From Mobula hypostoma (lineage: Eukaryota), in assembly GCF_963921235.1 (NCBI RefSeq), contig NC_086097.1, positions 35,528,001 through 35,592,000 on the forward strand: 64,000 nucleotides of DNA, read 5' to 3'. The notes below the pieces were generated by a model. The model did not search any database. It was given only the letters and a program-made list of their open reading frames with translations, and was not told the origin of the DNA. This document shows, one piece after another, positions 15,001 to 30,000 of the stretch. How positions within the stretch are numbered: position 1 is the stretch's first letter; each line of letters opens with the position of its first letter. The position numbers were made by a program, and so were the translations under genes.

Positions 15001-18000
15001 TACATCCTAAACCCTCACATCCTCCTCTCTCTCCTGTACATCCTAAACCCTCACATCCTCCTCTCCCTCCTGTACATCCTAAACCCTCAGATCCTTCTCT
15101 ATCTCCTGTACAGCCTAAACCCTCATATCCTCCTCTCCGTCCTGTACATCCTAAAACCTCATATCCTCCTCTCCCTCCTGTACATCCTAAACCCTCACAT
15201 CCTCCACTCCCTCCTGTACATCCTAAACCCTCACATCCTCCTCTCGCTCCTGTACATCCTGAACCCTCACATCCTCCTCTCCCTCCTGTACATCCTAAAC
15301 CCTCACATCCTCCTGTCCCTCCTGTACATCCTAAACCCTCACATCCTCCTCTCCCAACTATACATACGAAGCCCTCACATCCTCCTCTCCCTCCTGTACA
15401 TCATAAACCCTCACATCCTCCTGTCCCTACTGTACATTCTAAACACTCAAATCCTCCTCTACCTCCTGTACATCCTAAACCCTCACATCCTCCTCTCCAT
15501 CCTGTACATCCTAAACACTCACATCCTCCTCTCCCTCCTGTACATCTTAAACCGTCACATCCACTCCGTCCTGTACATCGTAAACCCTCACATCCTCCTC
15601 TCCCTCCTGTACATCCTAAACCCTCACATCCTCCTCTCCCTCCTGTACATACTAAACCCTCACATCCTCCTCTCCCTCCTGTACATCCTAAACCCTCACA
15701 TCCTCCTCTCCCAACTATACATACTAAGCCCTCACATCCTCCTCTCCCTCCTGTACATCCTAAACCCTCACATCCTCCTCTCCCTCCTGTACATCCTAAA
15801 CCCTCACATCCTCCTCTCCCTCCTGTACATCCTAAACCCTCACATCCTCCTCTCCCTCCTGTACATCCTAAACCCTCACATCCTCCTCTCCCTCCTGTAC
15901 ATTCTAAACCCTCACATCCTCCTCTCCCTCCTCTACATCCTAAACCCTCACATCCTCCTATCCCTCCTGTACATCCTAAACCCTCACATGCTCCTCTCCC
16001 TCCAGTACATCCTAAACCTTCACATCCTCCTGTCCCTCCTGTATATCCAAAACCCTCACATCTTCCTCTCTCTCCTGTACATCCTAAACCCTCACATCCT
16101 CCTCTCCCTCCTGTACATCCTAAACCCTCACATCCTCCTCTCCCTCCTGTACATCCTAAACCCTCACATCCTCCTCTCCGTCCTGTACATCCTAAACCCT
16201 CATATCCTCCTCTCCCTCCTGTACATCCTAAACCCACACACCCTGCTGCTGCTTCTGTACAACTTAAACACTCAAATCCTCCTCTCCCTCCTTAACATCC
16301 TAAACGTTCACATCCACCTCTCCCTCCTGTACATCCTAAACACTCACATCCTCCTCTCCCTCCTGTACATCCTAAACTCTCACATCCACCTCTCCCTCCT
16401 GTACATCCTAAACCCTCACATCCACTCCCTCCTGTACATCGTAAATCCTCAAATCCTCACCTACCTCCTGTACATCCTAAACCCTCATATCCTCCTCTCC
16501 CTCCTGTACATCCTCAACCCACACACCCTGCTGCTCCTCCTGTACAACTTAAACACTCACATCCTCCTATCCCTCCTGTACATCCAAATCCCTCACATGC
16601 TCCTCTCCCTCCTGTACATCCTAAACCCTCACATCCTCCTGTCCCTCCTGTACATCCTAAACCCTCACATCCTCCTCTCGCTCCTGTACATCCTAAACCT
16701 TCACATCCTCCTCTCCCTCCTCTACATTCTGAACCCGCACATCCTCCTCTCCCTCCTTTACATCCTAAACCCTCACATCCTCCTCTCCCTCCAGTAGATT
16801 CCAAACACTCAAATCCTCCTCTCCCTCCTTAAATTCCTAAACGTTCACATCCACCTCTCCCTCCTGTACATCCTAAACACTCACATCCTCCTCTCCCTCC
16901 TGTACATCCTAAACCCTCACATCCACCTCTCCCTCCTGTACATCCTAAACCCTCACATCCACTACCTCCTGTACATCGAAAAAAGCCTCACATCCTCCCC
17001 TACATCCTGTACATCCTAAAGCAGCACATCCTCCTCTCCCTCCTGCACATCCTAAACCCTCACATTCTCCTCTCCCTCCTGTACATCCTAAACACTCACA
17101 TCCTCCTCTCCCTCCTGTACATCCTAAACACTCACATCCTCCTCTCCCTCCTGTACATCCTAAACCCTCACATCCTCCTCTCTCTCCTGTACATCCTAAA
17201 CCCTCACATCCTCCTCTCCCTCCTGTACATCCTAAACCCTCACATCCTCCTCTCCCTCCTGTACATCCTAAACCCTCACATCCTCCTCTCCGTCCTGTAC
17301 ATCCTAAACCCTCACATCCTCCTCTCCCTCCTGTACATCCTAAACCCTCACATCCTCCACTCCCTCCTGTACATCCTAAACCCTCACATCCTCCTCTCGC
17401 TCCTGTACATCCTGAACCCTCACATCCTCCTCTCTCTTCTGTATATCCTAAACCCTCACATCCTCCTGTCCCTCCTGTACATCCTAAACCCTCACATCCT
17501 CCTCTCCATTCTGTACATCCTAAACACTCACATCCTCCTCTCCCTCCTGTACATCCTAAACCCTCACATCCACTACCTCCTGTACATCGAAAAAAGCCTC
17601 ACATCCTTCCCTACATCCTGTACATCCTAAAGCAGCACATCCTCCTCTCCCTCCTGCACAACCTAAACCGTCACATCTTCCTCTCCCTCCTGTACATCCT
17701 AAACCCTCACATCCTCCTCTCCCTCCTGTACATCCTAAACCCTCAAATCCTCCTCTCCCACCTGTACATCCTAAGCGCTCACATCCTCCTCTCCCTCCTG
17801 TACATCCTAAACCCTCACATCCTCCTCTCCCTCCTGTACATCCTAAACCCTCACATTCTCCTCTCCCTCCTGTACATCCTAAACCCTCACATCCTCCTCT
17901 CCCTCCTGTACATCCTAAACCCTCACATCCTCCTCTCCCTCCTGTACATCCTAAACCCTCACATCCTCCTCTACCTCCTGTACATCCTAAACCCTCACAT

Positions 18001-21000
18001 CCTCCTCTCCCTCCTGTACATCCTAAACACTCACATCCTCCTCTCCCTCCTGTACATCCTAAACACTCACATCCTCCACTCCCTCCTGTACATCCTAAAC
18101 CCTCACATCCTCCTCTCGCTCCTGTACATCCTAAACCCTCACATCCTCCTCTCCCTCCTGTACATCCTAAACCCTCACATCCTCCTCTCCCTCCTGTACA
18201 TCCTAAACCCTCACATCCTCCTCTCCCAACTATACATACGAAGCCCTCACATCCTCCTCTCCCTCCTGTACATCATAAACCCTCACATCCTCCTGTCCCT
18301 ACTGTACATTCTAAACACTCAATTCCTCCTCTAGCTCCTGTACATCCTAAACCCTCACATCCTCCTCTCCATCCTGTACATCCTAAACACTCACATCCTC
18401 CTCTCCCTCCTGTACATCTTAAACCGTCACATCCACTCCGTCCTGTACATCGTAAACCCTCAAATTCTCCCCTACCTCCTGTACATCCTAAACCCTCACA
18501 TCCTCCTCTCCCTCCTGTACATACTAAACCCTCACATCCTCCTCTCCCTCCTGTACATCCTAAACCCTCACATCCTCCTCTCCCAACTATACATACTAAG
18601 CCCTCACATCCTCCTCTCCCTCCTGTACATACTAAACCCTCACATCCTCCTCTCCCTCCTGTACATCCTAAACCCTCACATCCTCCTCTCCCAACTATAC
18701 ATACTAAGCCCTCACATCCTCCTCTCCCTCCAGTACATCCTAAACCTTCACATCCTCCTGTCCCTCCTGTATATCCTAAACCCTCACATCTTCCTCTCTC
18801 TCCTGTACATCCTAAACCCTCACATCCTCCTCTCCCTCCTGTACATCCTAAACCCTCAGATCCTTCTCTCCCTCCTGTACATCCTAAACCCTCATATCCT
18901 CCTCTCCGTCCTGTACATCCTAAACCCTCATATCCTCCTCTCCCTCCAGTACATCCTAAACCCACACACCCTGCTGCTGCTTCTGTACAACTTAAACACT
19001 CACATCCTCCTCTCCCTCCTGTACATCCTAAACCCTCACATGCTCCTCTCCCTCCTGTACATTCTAAACCGTCACATCCTCCTGTTTCTCCTGTATATCC
19101 TAAACCCTCACATCCTCCTCTCGCTCCTGTACATCCTAAACCTTCACATCCTCCTCTCCCTCCTCTACATTCTGAACCCGCACATCCTCCTCTCCCTCTT
19201 TTACATCCTAAACCATCACATCCTCCTCTCCCTCCAGTAGATTCCAAACACTCAAATCCTCCTCTCCCTCCTTAACATCCTAAACGTTCACATCCACCTC
19301 TCCCTCCTGTACATCCTAAACACTCACATCCTCCTCTCCCTCCTGTACATCCTAAACTCTCACATCCACCTCTCCCTCCTGTACATCCTAAACCCTCACA
19401 TCCACTCCCTCCTGTACATCGTAAATCCTCACATCCTTACCTACCTCCTGTACATCCTAAACCCTCACATCCTCCTCTCCCAACTATACATACTAAGCCC
19501 TCAAATCCTCCTCTCCCTCCTGTACATCCTAAACCCTCAAATCCTCCGCTCCCTCCTGTACATCCTAAACCCTCACAACCTTCTCTCCCTCCTGCAGATC
19601 CTAAACCCTCACATCCTCCTCTCCATCCTGTACATCTTAAACCCTCACATCCTCCTCTCCCTCCTGTACATTCTAAACCCTCACATCCTCCTCTCCCTCC
19701 TCTACATCCTGAACCCGCACATCCTCCTCTCCCTCCTGTACATCCTAAACCCTCACATCCTCCTGTCCCTCCTGTACATCCAAAACCCTCACATCCTCCT
19801 CTCCCTCCTCTACATCCTAAACCTACAGCTCCTCCTGCTGCTCCAGTACAGCTTAAACCCTCACATGCTCCTCTCCCTCCTGTACATCCTAAACCTTCAC
19901 ATCCTCCTGTTCCTCCTGTATATCCTAAACCCTCACATCCTCCTCTCTCTCCTCAACATCCTGAACCCGCACATTCTCCTCTCCTTCCTGTATATCCTAA
20001 ACCCTCACATCCTCCTCTCCCTCCTATACATCCTAAATGTTCACATCCCCCTCACACTCCTGTACATCCAAAACCCTCACATCCTCCTCTCCCTCCTGTA
20101 CATCCTAAACCCTCGCATCCTCCTCTCCCTCCTGTACATCCTAAACCCTCACATCCCCCTCTCCTCCAATACATACCAAACCCTCACATCCTCCTCTCCC
20201 TCCTGTACATCCTAAACCCACACACCCTCCTGCTGCTCCTGTACAACTTAAACACTCACATCCTCCTGTCCCTCCTGTATATCCTAAACCCTCACATCCT
20301 CCTCTCACTCCTGTGCATCCTAAACCTTCACATCCCCCTCTCCCTCCGCTACATTCTGAACCCGCACATCCTCCTCTCCCTCCTGTACATCCTGAACCCT
20401 CACATCCTCCTCTCCCTCCTGTAGATTCCAAGCACTCAAATCCTCCTCTCCCTCCTTAACATCCTAAACGTTCACATCCACCTCTCCATCCTATACATCC
20501 AAAACGTACACATCCCCCTCTCCCTCCTGTAGATTCCAAGCACTCAAATCCTCCTCTCCCTCCTTAACATCCTAAACGTTCACATCCACCTCTCCATCCT
20601 ATACATCCAAAACGTACACATCCCCCTCTCCCTCCTGTACATCGTAAACCCTCACATCCTCGCCTACCTCCTGTACATCCTAAACCCGCACATCCTTCTC
20701 TCCCTCCTGTACATCCGAAACCTCATATCCTTCTCTCCCTCCTGTACATCCTAAACCCTCACATCCTCCTAACACTCCTGTACATCCTAAACCCTCAAAT
20801 CATCGTCTCCCTCCTCTATATCCTGAACCCGCACATCCTCCTCTCCCTCCTGTACGTCCTAAAACCTCACATCCTCCTCTCGCTCCTGTACATCCTAAAC
20901 CCTCACATCCTCCTCTACCTCCTGTACATCCAAAACCCTCACATCCTCCTCTCCCTCCTGTACATCCTAAACCCTCACATCCTCCTCTAGGTCCTGTACA

Positions 21001-24000
21001 TCCTAAACCTCACAACCTACTTTCCCTCCTGTACATCCTAAGCCCTCACATGCTCCTATCCCTTCTGTACATTCTAAACACTCAAATCCTCCTCTCCCTC
21101 CTGTACATCCTAAATGTTCACATCCCCTTCTCCCTCCTATACATCCTAAACCCTCACATTCTCCTGTCCCACCTGTATATCCTAAACCCTCACATCCTCC
21201 TCGCCCTCCTGTACATATTAAACACTCACATCCTCCTCCCCCTCCTGTACATCCTAAACCCTTACATCCTCCTCTCCCTCCTGAACATCCTAAACCCTCA
21301 CATCCACCTCTCCCTCCTGAACATCCTAACCCCTCACATCATCCTCTCCCTCCTGTACATCCTAAACCCTCACATCCTCCTCTCCGTCCTGTACATCCTA
21401 AACCCTCACATCCACTCCCTCCTGTACATCGTAAACTCTCACATTCTCACTTACCTCCTGTACATCCTAAACCCGCACATCCTACTCTCCCTCCTGTACA
21501 TCCTAAACCCTCAGATTCTCCTCTCCCTCCTGTACATCTTCAACCCTCACATCCTCCTCTCCTCCTGTACATACTAAACCCTCACAACCTCCTCTTCCTC
21601 AAGTACATCCCCCACACCCACATGCTCTCCCTCCTGTACTTCCCTCAAACCCAGATCCTCTACCTCCTGTACTTCTCCCCCACCCACATCCTCTCCCCGC
21701 TGTATATCCTAAACCCTCACATCCTCCTGCTGCTCCTGTGCATCATAAACCCTCACATCCACCTCTCCCGCCTGTACATCCGAAACCCTCACATCCTCCT
21801 CTCCCTCCTGTGCATCCTAAACCCTCACATCCTCCTCTCCCTCCTGTACATCCTAAACCCTCACATCCTCCTCTCCCTCCTGTACATCCTAAACCCTCAC
21901 ATCCCCCTCTAACTCCTGTACATCCAAAAGCCTCACATTCTTCTCTCCCTCCTGTACATCCTAAACCCTCACATGCTCCTCTCCCTCCTGTACATCCTAA
22001 ACCTTCACATCCTCCTGTCCCTCCTGTATATCCTAAACCCTCACAGCCTCCTCTCGCTCCTGTACATCCTAAACCCTCACATCCTCCTCTCGCTCCTGTA
22101 CATCCTAAACCAGCACATTCTCCTCTCCCTCCTGTACATCCTAAATGTTCACATCCCCTCACACTCCTGTACATCCTAAACCCTCACATCCTCCTCTCCT
22201 CCAATACATACCAAACCCTCCCATCCTCCTCTCCCTCCTGTACATCCTAAACCCTCACATGCTCCTCTCCCTCCTGTACATCCTAAACCCTCACATCCTC
22301 CTCTCCCTCCTGTACATCCTAAACCCTCACATCCTCCTCTCCCTCCTGTACATCCTAAACACTCACATCCTCCTCTCCCTCCTGTACATCCTAAACCCTC
22401 ACATCCTCCTCTCCCTCCTGTACATCCTAAACCCTCACATCCTCCTCTCCCTCCTGTACATCCTAAACCCTCACATCCCCCTCTCCCTCCTGTACATCCT
22501 AAACCCTCACATCCTCCTCTCCGTCCTGTACATCCTAAACCCTCACATCCACTCCCTCCTGTACATCGTAAACTCTCACATTCTCACTTACCTCCTGTAC
22601 ATCCTAAACCCGCACATCCTACTCTCCCTCCTGTACATCCTAAACCCTCAGATTCTCCTCTCCCTCCTGTACATCTTCAACCCTCACATCCTCCTCTCCT
22701 CCTGTACATACTAAACCCTCACAACCTCCTCTTCCTCAAGTACATCCCCCACACCCACATGCTCTCCCTCCTGTACTTCCCTCAAACCCAGATCCTCTAC
22801 CTCCTGTACTTCTCCCCCACCCACATCCTCTCCCCGCTGTATATCCTAAACCCTCACATCCTCCTGCTGCTCCTGTGCATCATAAACCCTCACATCCACC
22901 TCTCCCGCCTGTACATCCGAAACCCTCACATCCTCCTCTCCCTCCTGTGCACCTTAAACCCTCACATCCTCCTCTCCCTCCTGTACATCCTAAACCCTCA
23001 CATCCTCCTCTCCCTCCTGTACATCCTAAACCCTCACATCCCCCTCTAACTCCTGTACATCCTAAACCCTCACATCCTCCTCTCCCTCCTGTTCATCCTA
23101 AACCCTCACATCCTCCTCTCCCTCTTGTACATCCTCAACCTTCACATCCTCCTGTCCCTCCTGTATATCCTAAACCCTCACAGCCTCCTCTCGCTCCTGT
23201 ACATCCTAAACCCTCACATCCTCCTCTCGCTCCTGTACATCCTAAACCAGCACATTCTCCTCTCCCTCCTGTACATCCTAAATGTTCACATCCCCTCACA
23301 CTCCTGTACATCCTAAACCCTCACATCCTCCTCTCCTCCAATACATACCAAACCCTCCCATCCTCCTCTCCCTCCTGTACATCCTAAACCCTCACATCCT
23401 CCTCTCCCTCCTGTACATCCTAAACCCTCACATCCTCCTCTCCCTCCTGTACATCCTAAACCCTCACATCCTCCTCTCGCTCCTGTACATCCTAAACCCT
23501 CACATCCTCCTCTCCCTCCTCTACATCCTAAACCCTCACATCCTCCTCTCCCTCCTGTACATCCTAAACCCTCACATCCTCCTTTCCCTCCTGTACATCC
23601 TGAACCCTCACGTCCTCCTCTGTGTCCTGTACATCCTAAACCCTCACATCCACTCCCTCCTGTACATCGTAAACTCTCACATTCTCACTTACCTCCTGTA
23701 CATCCTAAACCCGCACATCCTACTCTCCCTCCTGTACATCCTAAACCCTCAGATTCTCCTCTCCCTCCTGTACATCTTCAACCCTCACATCCTCCTCTCC
23801 CTCCTGTACATACTAAACCCTCACAACCTCCTCTTCCTCAAGTACATCCCCCACACCCACATGCTCTCCCTCCTGTACTTCCCTCAAACCCAGATCCTCT
23901 ACCTCCTGTACTTCTCCCCCACCCACATCCTCTCCCCGCTGTATATCCTAAACCCTCACATCCTCCTGCTGCTCCTGTACATCCTAAACCCTCACATCCT

Positions 24001-27000
24001 CCTCTCCCTCCTGTACATCCTAAACCCTCACATCCTCCTCTCCCTCCTGTACATCCTAAACCCTCACATCCTCCTCTCCCTCCTGTACATCCTAAACCCT
24101 CACATCCTCCTCTCCCTCCTGTACATCCTAAACCCTCACATCCCCCTCTCCCTCCTGTACATCCTAAACCCTCACATTCTCCTCTCCCTCCTGTACATCC
24201 TAAACCCTCGCATCCTCCTCTCCCTCTTGTACATCCTCAACCTTCACATCCTCCTCTCCCTCCTGTACATCCTAAACCCTCACATCCTCCTCTCCCTCCT
24301 GTACATCCTAAACCCTCACATCCTCCACTCCCTCCTGTACATCCTAAACCCTCACATCCTCCTCTCCCTCCTGTACATCCTAAACCCTCACATCCTCCTC
24401 TCCCTCCTGTACATCCTAAACCCTCACATCCTCCTCTCCTCCAATACATACCAAACCCTCCCATCCTCCTCTCCCTCCTGTACATCCTAAACCCTCACAT
24501 GCTCCTCTCCCTCTTGTACATCCTAAACCCTCACATCCTCCTGTCCCTCCTGTATATCCTAAACCCTCACATCCTCCTGTCCCTCCTGTACACACTAAAC
24601 CCTCACATCCTCCTCTCCCTCCTGTACATCCTAAATCCTCGTATCCTCCTCTCCCTCCTGTACATCCTAAACCCTCACATCCCCCTCTCCCTCTTTTACA
24701 TCCTAAACCCTCACGTCCTTCTCTCCCTCCTGTACAACCTAAACCCTCACATCCTCCTCTCCATCCTGTACATCCTAAACCCTCACATCCTCCTCTCCCT
24801 CCTGTACATCCTAAACCATCAAATCCTCCTATCGGTCCTGCACATCCTAAACCTCACATCCTACTTTCCCTCCTGTACATCCTAAGCCCTCACATGCTCC
24901 TATCCCTTCTGTACATTCTAAAAACTCAAATCCTCCTCTCCCTCCTGTACATCCTAAACGTTCACATCCCCTTCTCCCTCCTGTACATCCTAAACCCTCA
25001 CATCCTCCTCTCCCTCCTGTACATCCTAAACCCTCACATCCTCCTCTCCCTCCTGTACATCCTAAACCCTCACATCCTCCTCTCCCTCCTGTACATCCTA
25101 AACCCTCACATCCTCCTCTCCCTCCTCTACATCCTAAACCCTCACATCCTCCTCTCCCTCCTGTACATCCTAAGCCCTCACATCCTCCTCTCCCTCCTGT
25201 ACATCCTAAACCCTCACATCCTCCACTCCCTCCTCTACATCCTGAACCCTCACATCCTCCTCTCCCTCCTGTACATCCTAAACCCTCACATCCTCCTCTC
25301 CCTCCTGTACATCCTGAACGATCACATCCTCATCTCCTTCCAATACATCCTAAACTGTAACATCCACTCCCTCCTGTACATCTTAAACCCTCACATCCTC
25401 CTCTCCCTCCTGTACATCCTAAACTTTCACATTTTCCTCTCCCTCCTGTACATCCTAAACCCTCATATCCTCCTCTCCCTCCTTCACATCCTAAACCCTC
25501 ACATCCTCCTGCTGATCCTGTACATCCTAAACCCTCACGTCCTCCTCTCCCTCCTGTACATTCAACACCTCACATCCTCCTCTCCCTCCTGCACATCCTA
25601 AACCCTCACATCCTCCTCTCCCTCCTGTACATCCTAAACCCTCACATCCTCCTCTCCCTCCTGTACATCCTAAACCCTCACATCCTCCTCTCCCTCCTGT
25701 ACATCCTAAACCCTCAGATCCTCCTCTCCCTCCTGTACATCTTAAGCCCTCACATCCTCCTCTCCCTCCTGTACATCCTAAACTCTCACATCCTCCTCTC
25801 TCTCCTGTACAAACTAAGCACTCACATCCTCCTCTTCCTCCTACACATCCTAAACCGTCACATACTCGGGCTCCTCTTGTACATCGTAAACCCTCAAGTC
25901 CAGCTCTCCCTCCTGTACATCCTAAACCCTCACATCCTCCTCTCCCTCCTGTACATCCTAAAGCATCACATTCTCCTCTCCCTCCTGTACATCCTAAACC
26001 CTCACATCCTCCTCTCCCTCCTACACATCCTAAACCCTCACATCATCCTGCAGCTCCTGTACATCCTAAACCCTCACGTCCTCCTCTCGCTCCTGTACAT
26101 CCTAAACCCTCACATCCTCCTCTCTCTCCTGTACATCGTGAACCCTCAGATCCTCCTCTCCCTACTGTACATCCTAAACCCTCACATCCTCCTGCTGCTC
26201 CTGGACATTATAATCTCTCACGTCCTCCTGTCCCTCCTTTACATCATAACCCCTCACATCTTCCTCTCCCTCCTGTATATCCTAAAACCTTACATCCTCC
26301 TCTCCCTCCTGTTCATCCTAAACCCTCGCATCCTCCTCTCTCTCTTGTACATCCTAAACACTCACATTCTCCATTCCCTCCTTTACATCCTGAACCCTCA
26401 CATCCTCCACTCCCTCCTGTACATCCGAATCCCTGATATCCTCCTCTCCCTCCTGTACACCCTAAACTCTCACATTCTCCTCTCCCTCCTGTACATCCTA
26501 AAAACTCACATCCTCCTCTCCCTCCTGTACATCCTAAACCCTCACATCCTCCTCTCCCTCCTGTACATCCTAAACCCTCACATCCTCCTCTCCCTCCTGT
26601 ACATCCTAAACCCTCACATCCTCCTCTCCCTCCTGTACATCCTAAACCCTCACATCCTCCTCTCCCTCCTGTACATCCTAAATTTCACATCCTCCTCTCC
26701 CTCCTGTACATCCTAAACCCTCACATCCTCCTCTCCCTCCTGTACATCCTAAACCCTCACATCCTCCTGCTGCTCCTGTACATCCTAAACCCTCACATCC
26801 TCCTCTCCCTCCTGTACATCCTAAACCCTCACATCCTCCTCTCCCTCATGTACATCCTAAACCCTCACATCCTCCTGCTGCTCCTGTACATCCTAAACCC
26901 TCACGTCCTCCTCTCCCTCCTGTACATCCTAAACCCTCACATCCCCCACTCCCTCCTGTACATCCTAAACCCTCACTTCCTCCTCTCCCTCCTCTACATC

Positions 27001-30000
27001 CTAAACCCTCACATCCTCCTCTCCCTCATGTACATCCTAAGCCCTCACATCCTCCTCTCCCTCCTGTACATCCTAAACCCTCACATCCTCCTCTCCCTCC
27101 TCTACATCCTAAACCCTCACATCCTCCCCTCCCTCCTCTACATCATAAACCCGCACATCCTACTCTCCCTCCTCTACATCCTAAACGTTCACATCCTCCT
27201 CTCCCTCCTGTACATCCTAAACCCTCAGATCGTCCTCTCCCTCCTGTACATCCTAAACCCTCACATCCTCCTCTCCCTCCTGTACGTTCAACACCTCACG
27301 TCCTCCTCTCCTTCCTGTATATCCTCAACCCTCAAAACCTCCTCTCTCTCCTGTACATCCTAAACCCTCACATCCTCCTCTCGCTCCTGTACATCCTAAA
27401 CCCTCACATCCTCCTCTCCCTCCTGTACATCGTGAACCCTCACATCCTCCTGCTGCTCCTGTACATCATAATCTCTCACGTCCTCCTTTCCCTCCTGTAC
27501 ATCATAACCCCTCACATCCTCCTCTCCCTCCTGTACATCCTAAACCCTCACATCCTCCTCTCCCTCCTATACATCCTAAACACTCACATCTCCCTCTCCC
27601 TCCTGTACATCTTAAACCCTCACATCCTTCCCTCACTCCTGTTCATCCTAAACCCTCACATCCTCCTCTCCCTCCTGTACATCCTAAACACTCACATTCT
27701 CCTCTCCCTCCTCTACATCCTAAACCCTCACATCATCCGGCTGCTCTTGTACATCCTAAACCCTGAAGTCCAGCTCTCCCTCCTATACATCCTAAACCCT
27801 CACATCCTTCCCTCCCTCCTGTACATCCTAAACCCTCACATCCTCCTTTCCCTCCTGTACATCCTGAACCCTCACATCCTCCACTCCCAACTGTACATCC
27901 CAAACCCTCACATCCTCCTGCTGTTCCTATACATCGTAAACCCTCACGTCCTCCTCTCCCTCCTGTACATTCTAAACCCTCACATCCTCCTCTCCCTCCT
28001 ATGCATCCTAAACACTCACATCCCCCTCTCGCTCCTGTACATCCTAAACCCTCACATCCTCCTCTCCGCCCTGTACATCCTAAGCCCTCACATCCTCCAG
28101 TCCCTCCTGTACATCCTAAACCCTCACGTCCTCCTCTCCCTCCTGTACATCCTAAACCCTCACATCCTCCTCTCACTCCTGTACATCCTAAACCCTCACA
28201 TCCTCCTCTCCTTCCTGTACTTCCTAAACCTTCACATCCTCCTCTCCCTCCTGTACATCCTAAAACCTCACATCCACCTCTCCCTCCTGTACATCCTAAA
28301 CCCTCACGTCCTCCTCTCCCTCCTGTACATCCTAAACCCTCACATCCTCCTCTCGCTCCTGTACATCCTAAACCCTCACATCCTCCTCTCCCTCCTGTAC
28401 ATCCTAAACCCTCACATCCTCCTGCTGCTCCTGTACATCCTAAACCCTCACATCCTCCTCTCCCTCCTGTACATCCTAAACCCTCATATCCTCCTCCCCC
28501 TCCTGTACATACTAAACCCTCACATCCTCCTCTCCCTCCTGTACATCCTAAACCCTCACATCCTCCTCTCCCTCCTGTACATCCTAAACCCTCACATCCT
28601 CCTCTCCCTCCTGTACATCCTAAACCCTCACATCCTCCTCTCCCTCATGTACATCCTAAACCCTCACATCCTCCTCTCCCTCCTGTACATCCTAAAACTC
28701 ACATCCTACTTTCCCTCCTGTACATCCTAAGCCCTCACATGCTCCTATCCCTTCTGTACATTCTAAACACTCAAATCCTCCTCTCCCTCCTGTACATCCT
28801 AAACGTTCACATCCCCTTCTCCCTCCTATACATCCTAAACCCTCACATTCTCCTGTCCCACCTGTACATCCTAAACCCTCACATCCTCCTCGCCCTCCTG
28901 TACATCCAAAACCCTCACATCCTCCTCTCCCTCCTGTACATCCTAAACCCTCACATCCTCCTCTCGGTCCTGTACATCCTAAACCTCACATCCTACTTTC
29001 CCTCCTGTACATCCTAAGCCCTCTCATGCTCCTATCCCTTCTGTACATTCTAAAAACTCAAATCCTCCTCTCCCTCCTGTACATCCTAAACGTTCACATC
29101 CTCCTCACCCTCCTGTACGTCCTGAACGATCACATCCTCCTTCCCCTCCTGTACATCCTAAACCCTCACATCCTCCTCTCCCTCCTCTACTTCCTAAACC
29201 CACACATCCTCCTCTCCCTCCTCTACATCCTGAACCCTCACATCCTCCTCTCCCTCCTGTACATCCTAAACCCTCACATCCTCCTCTCCCTCCTGTACAT
29301 CCTGAACGATCACATCCTCCTCTCCTTCCAATACATCCTAAACTGTAACATCCACTCCCTCCTGTATATCTTAAACCCTCACATCCTCCTCTCCCTCCTG
29401 TACATCCTAAACTTTCACATTATCCTCTCCCTCCTGTACATCCTAAACCCTCATATCCTCCTCTCCCTCCTTCACATCCTAAACCCTCACATCCTCCTGC
29501 TGCTCCTGTACATCCTAAACCCTCACGTCCTCCTCTCCCTCCTGTACATTCAACACCTCACATCCTCCTCTCCCTCCTGCACATCCTAAACCCTCATATC
29601 CTCCTCTCCCTTCTGTACATCCTATACTTTCACATTCTCCTCTCCCTCCTGTACATCCTAAACCCTCACATCCTCCTCTCCCTCCTGTACATCCTAAACC
29701 CTCACATCCTCCTCTCCCTCCCGTACATCCTAAACCCTCACATCCTCCTCTCCCTCCTGTACATCCTAAACCCTCACATCCTCCTCTCCCTCCTGTACAT
29801 CCTAAACCCTCACATCCTCCTCTCCCTCCTGTACATCCTAAACCCTCACATCCTCCTCTCCCTCCTGTACATCCTAAACCCTCACATCCTCCTGCAGCTC
29901 CTGTACATCCTAAACCCTCACATCCTCCTCTCCCTCCTGTACATCCTAAACCCTCACATCCTCCTCTCTCTCCTGTACATCGTGAACCCTCAGATCCTCC

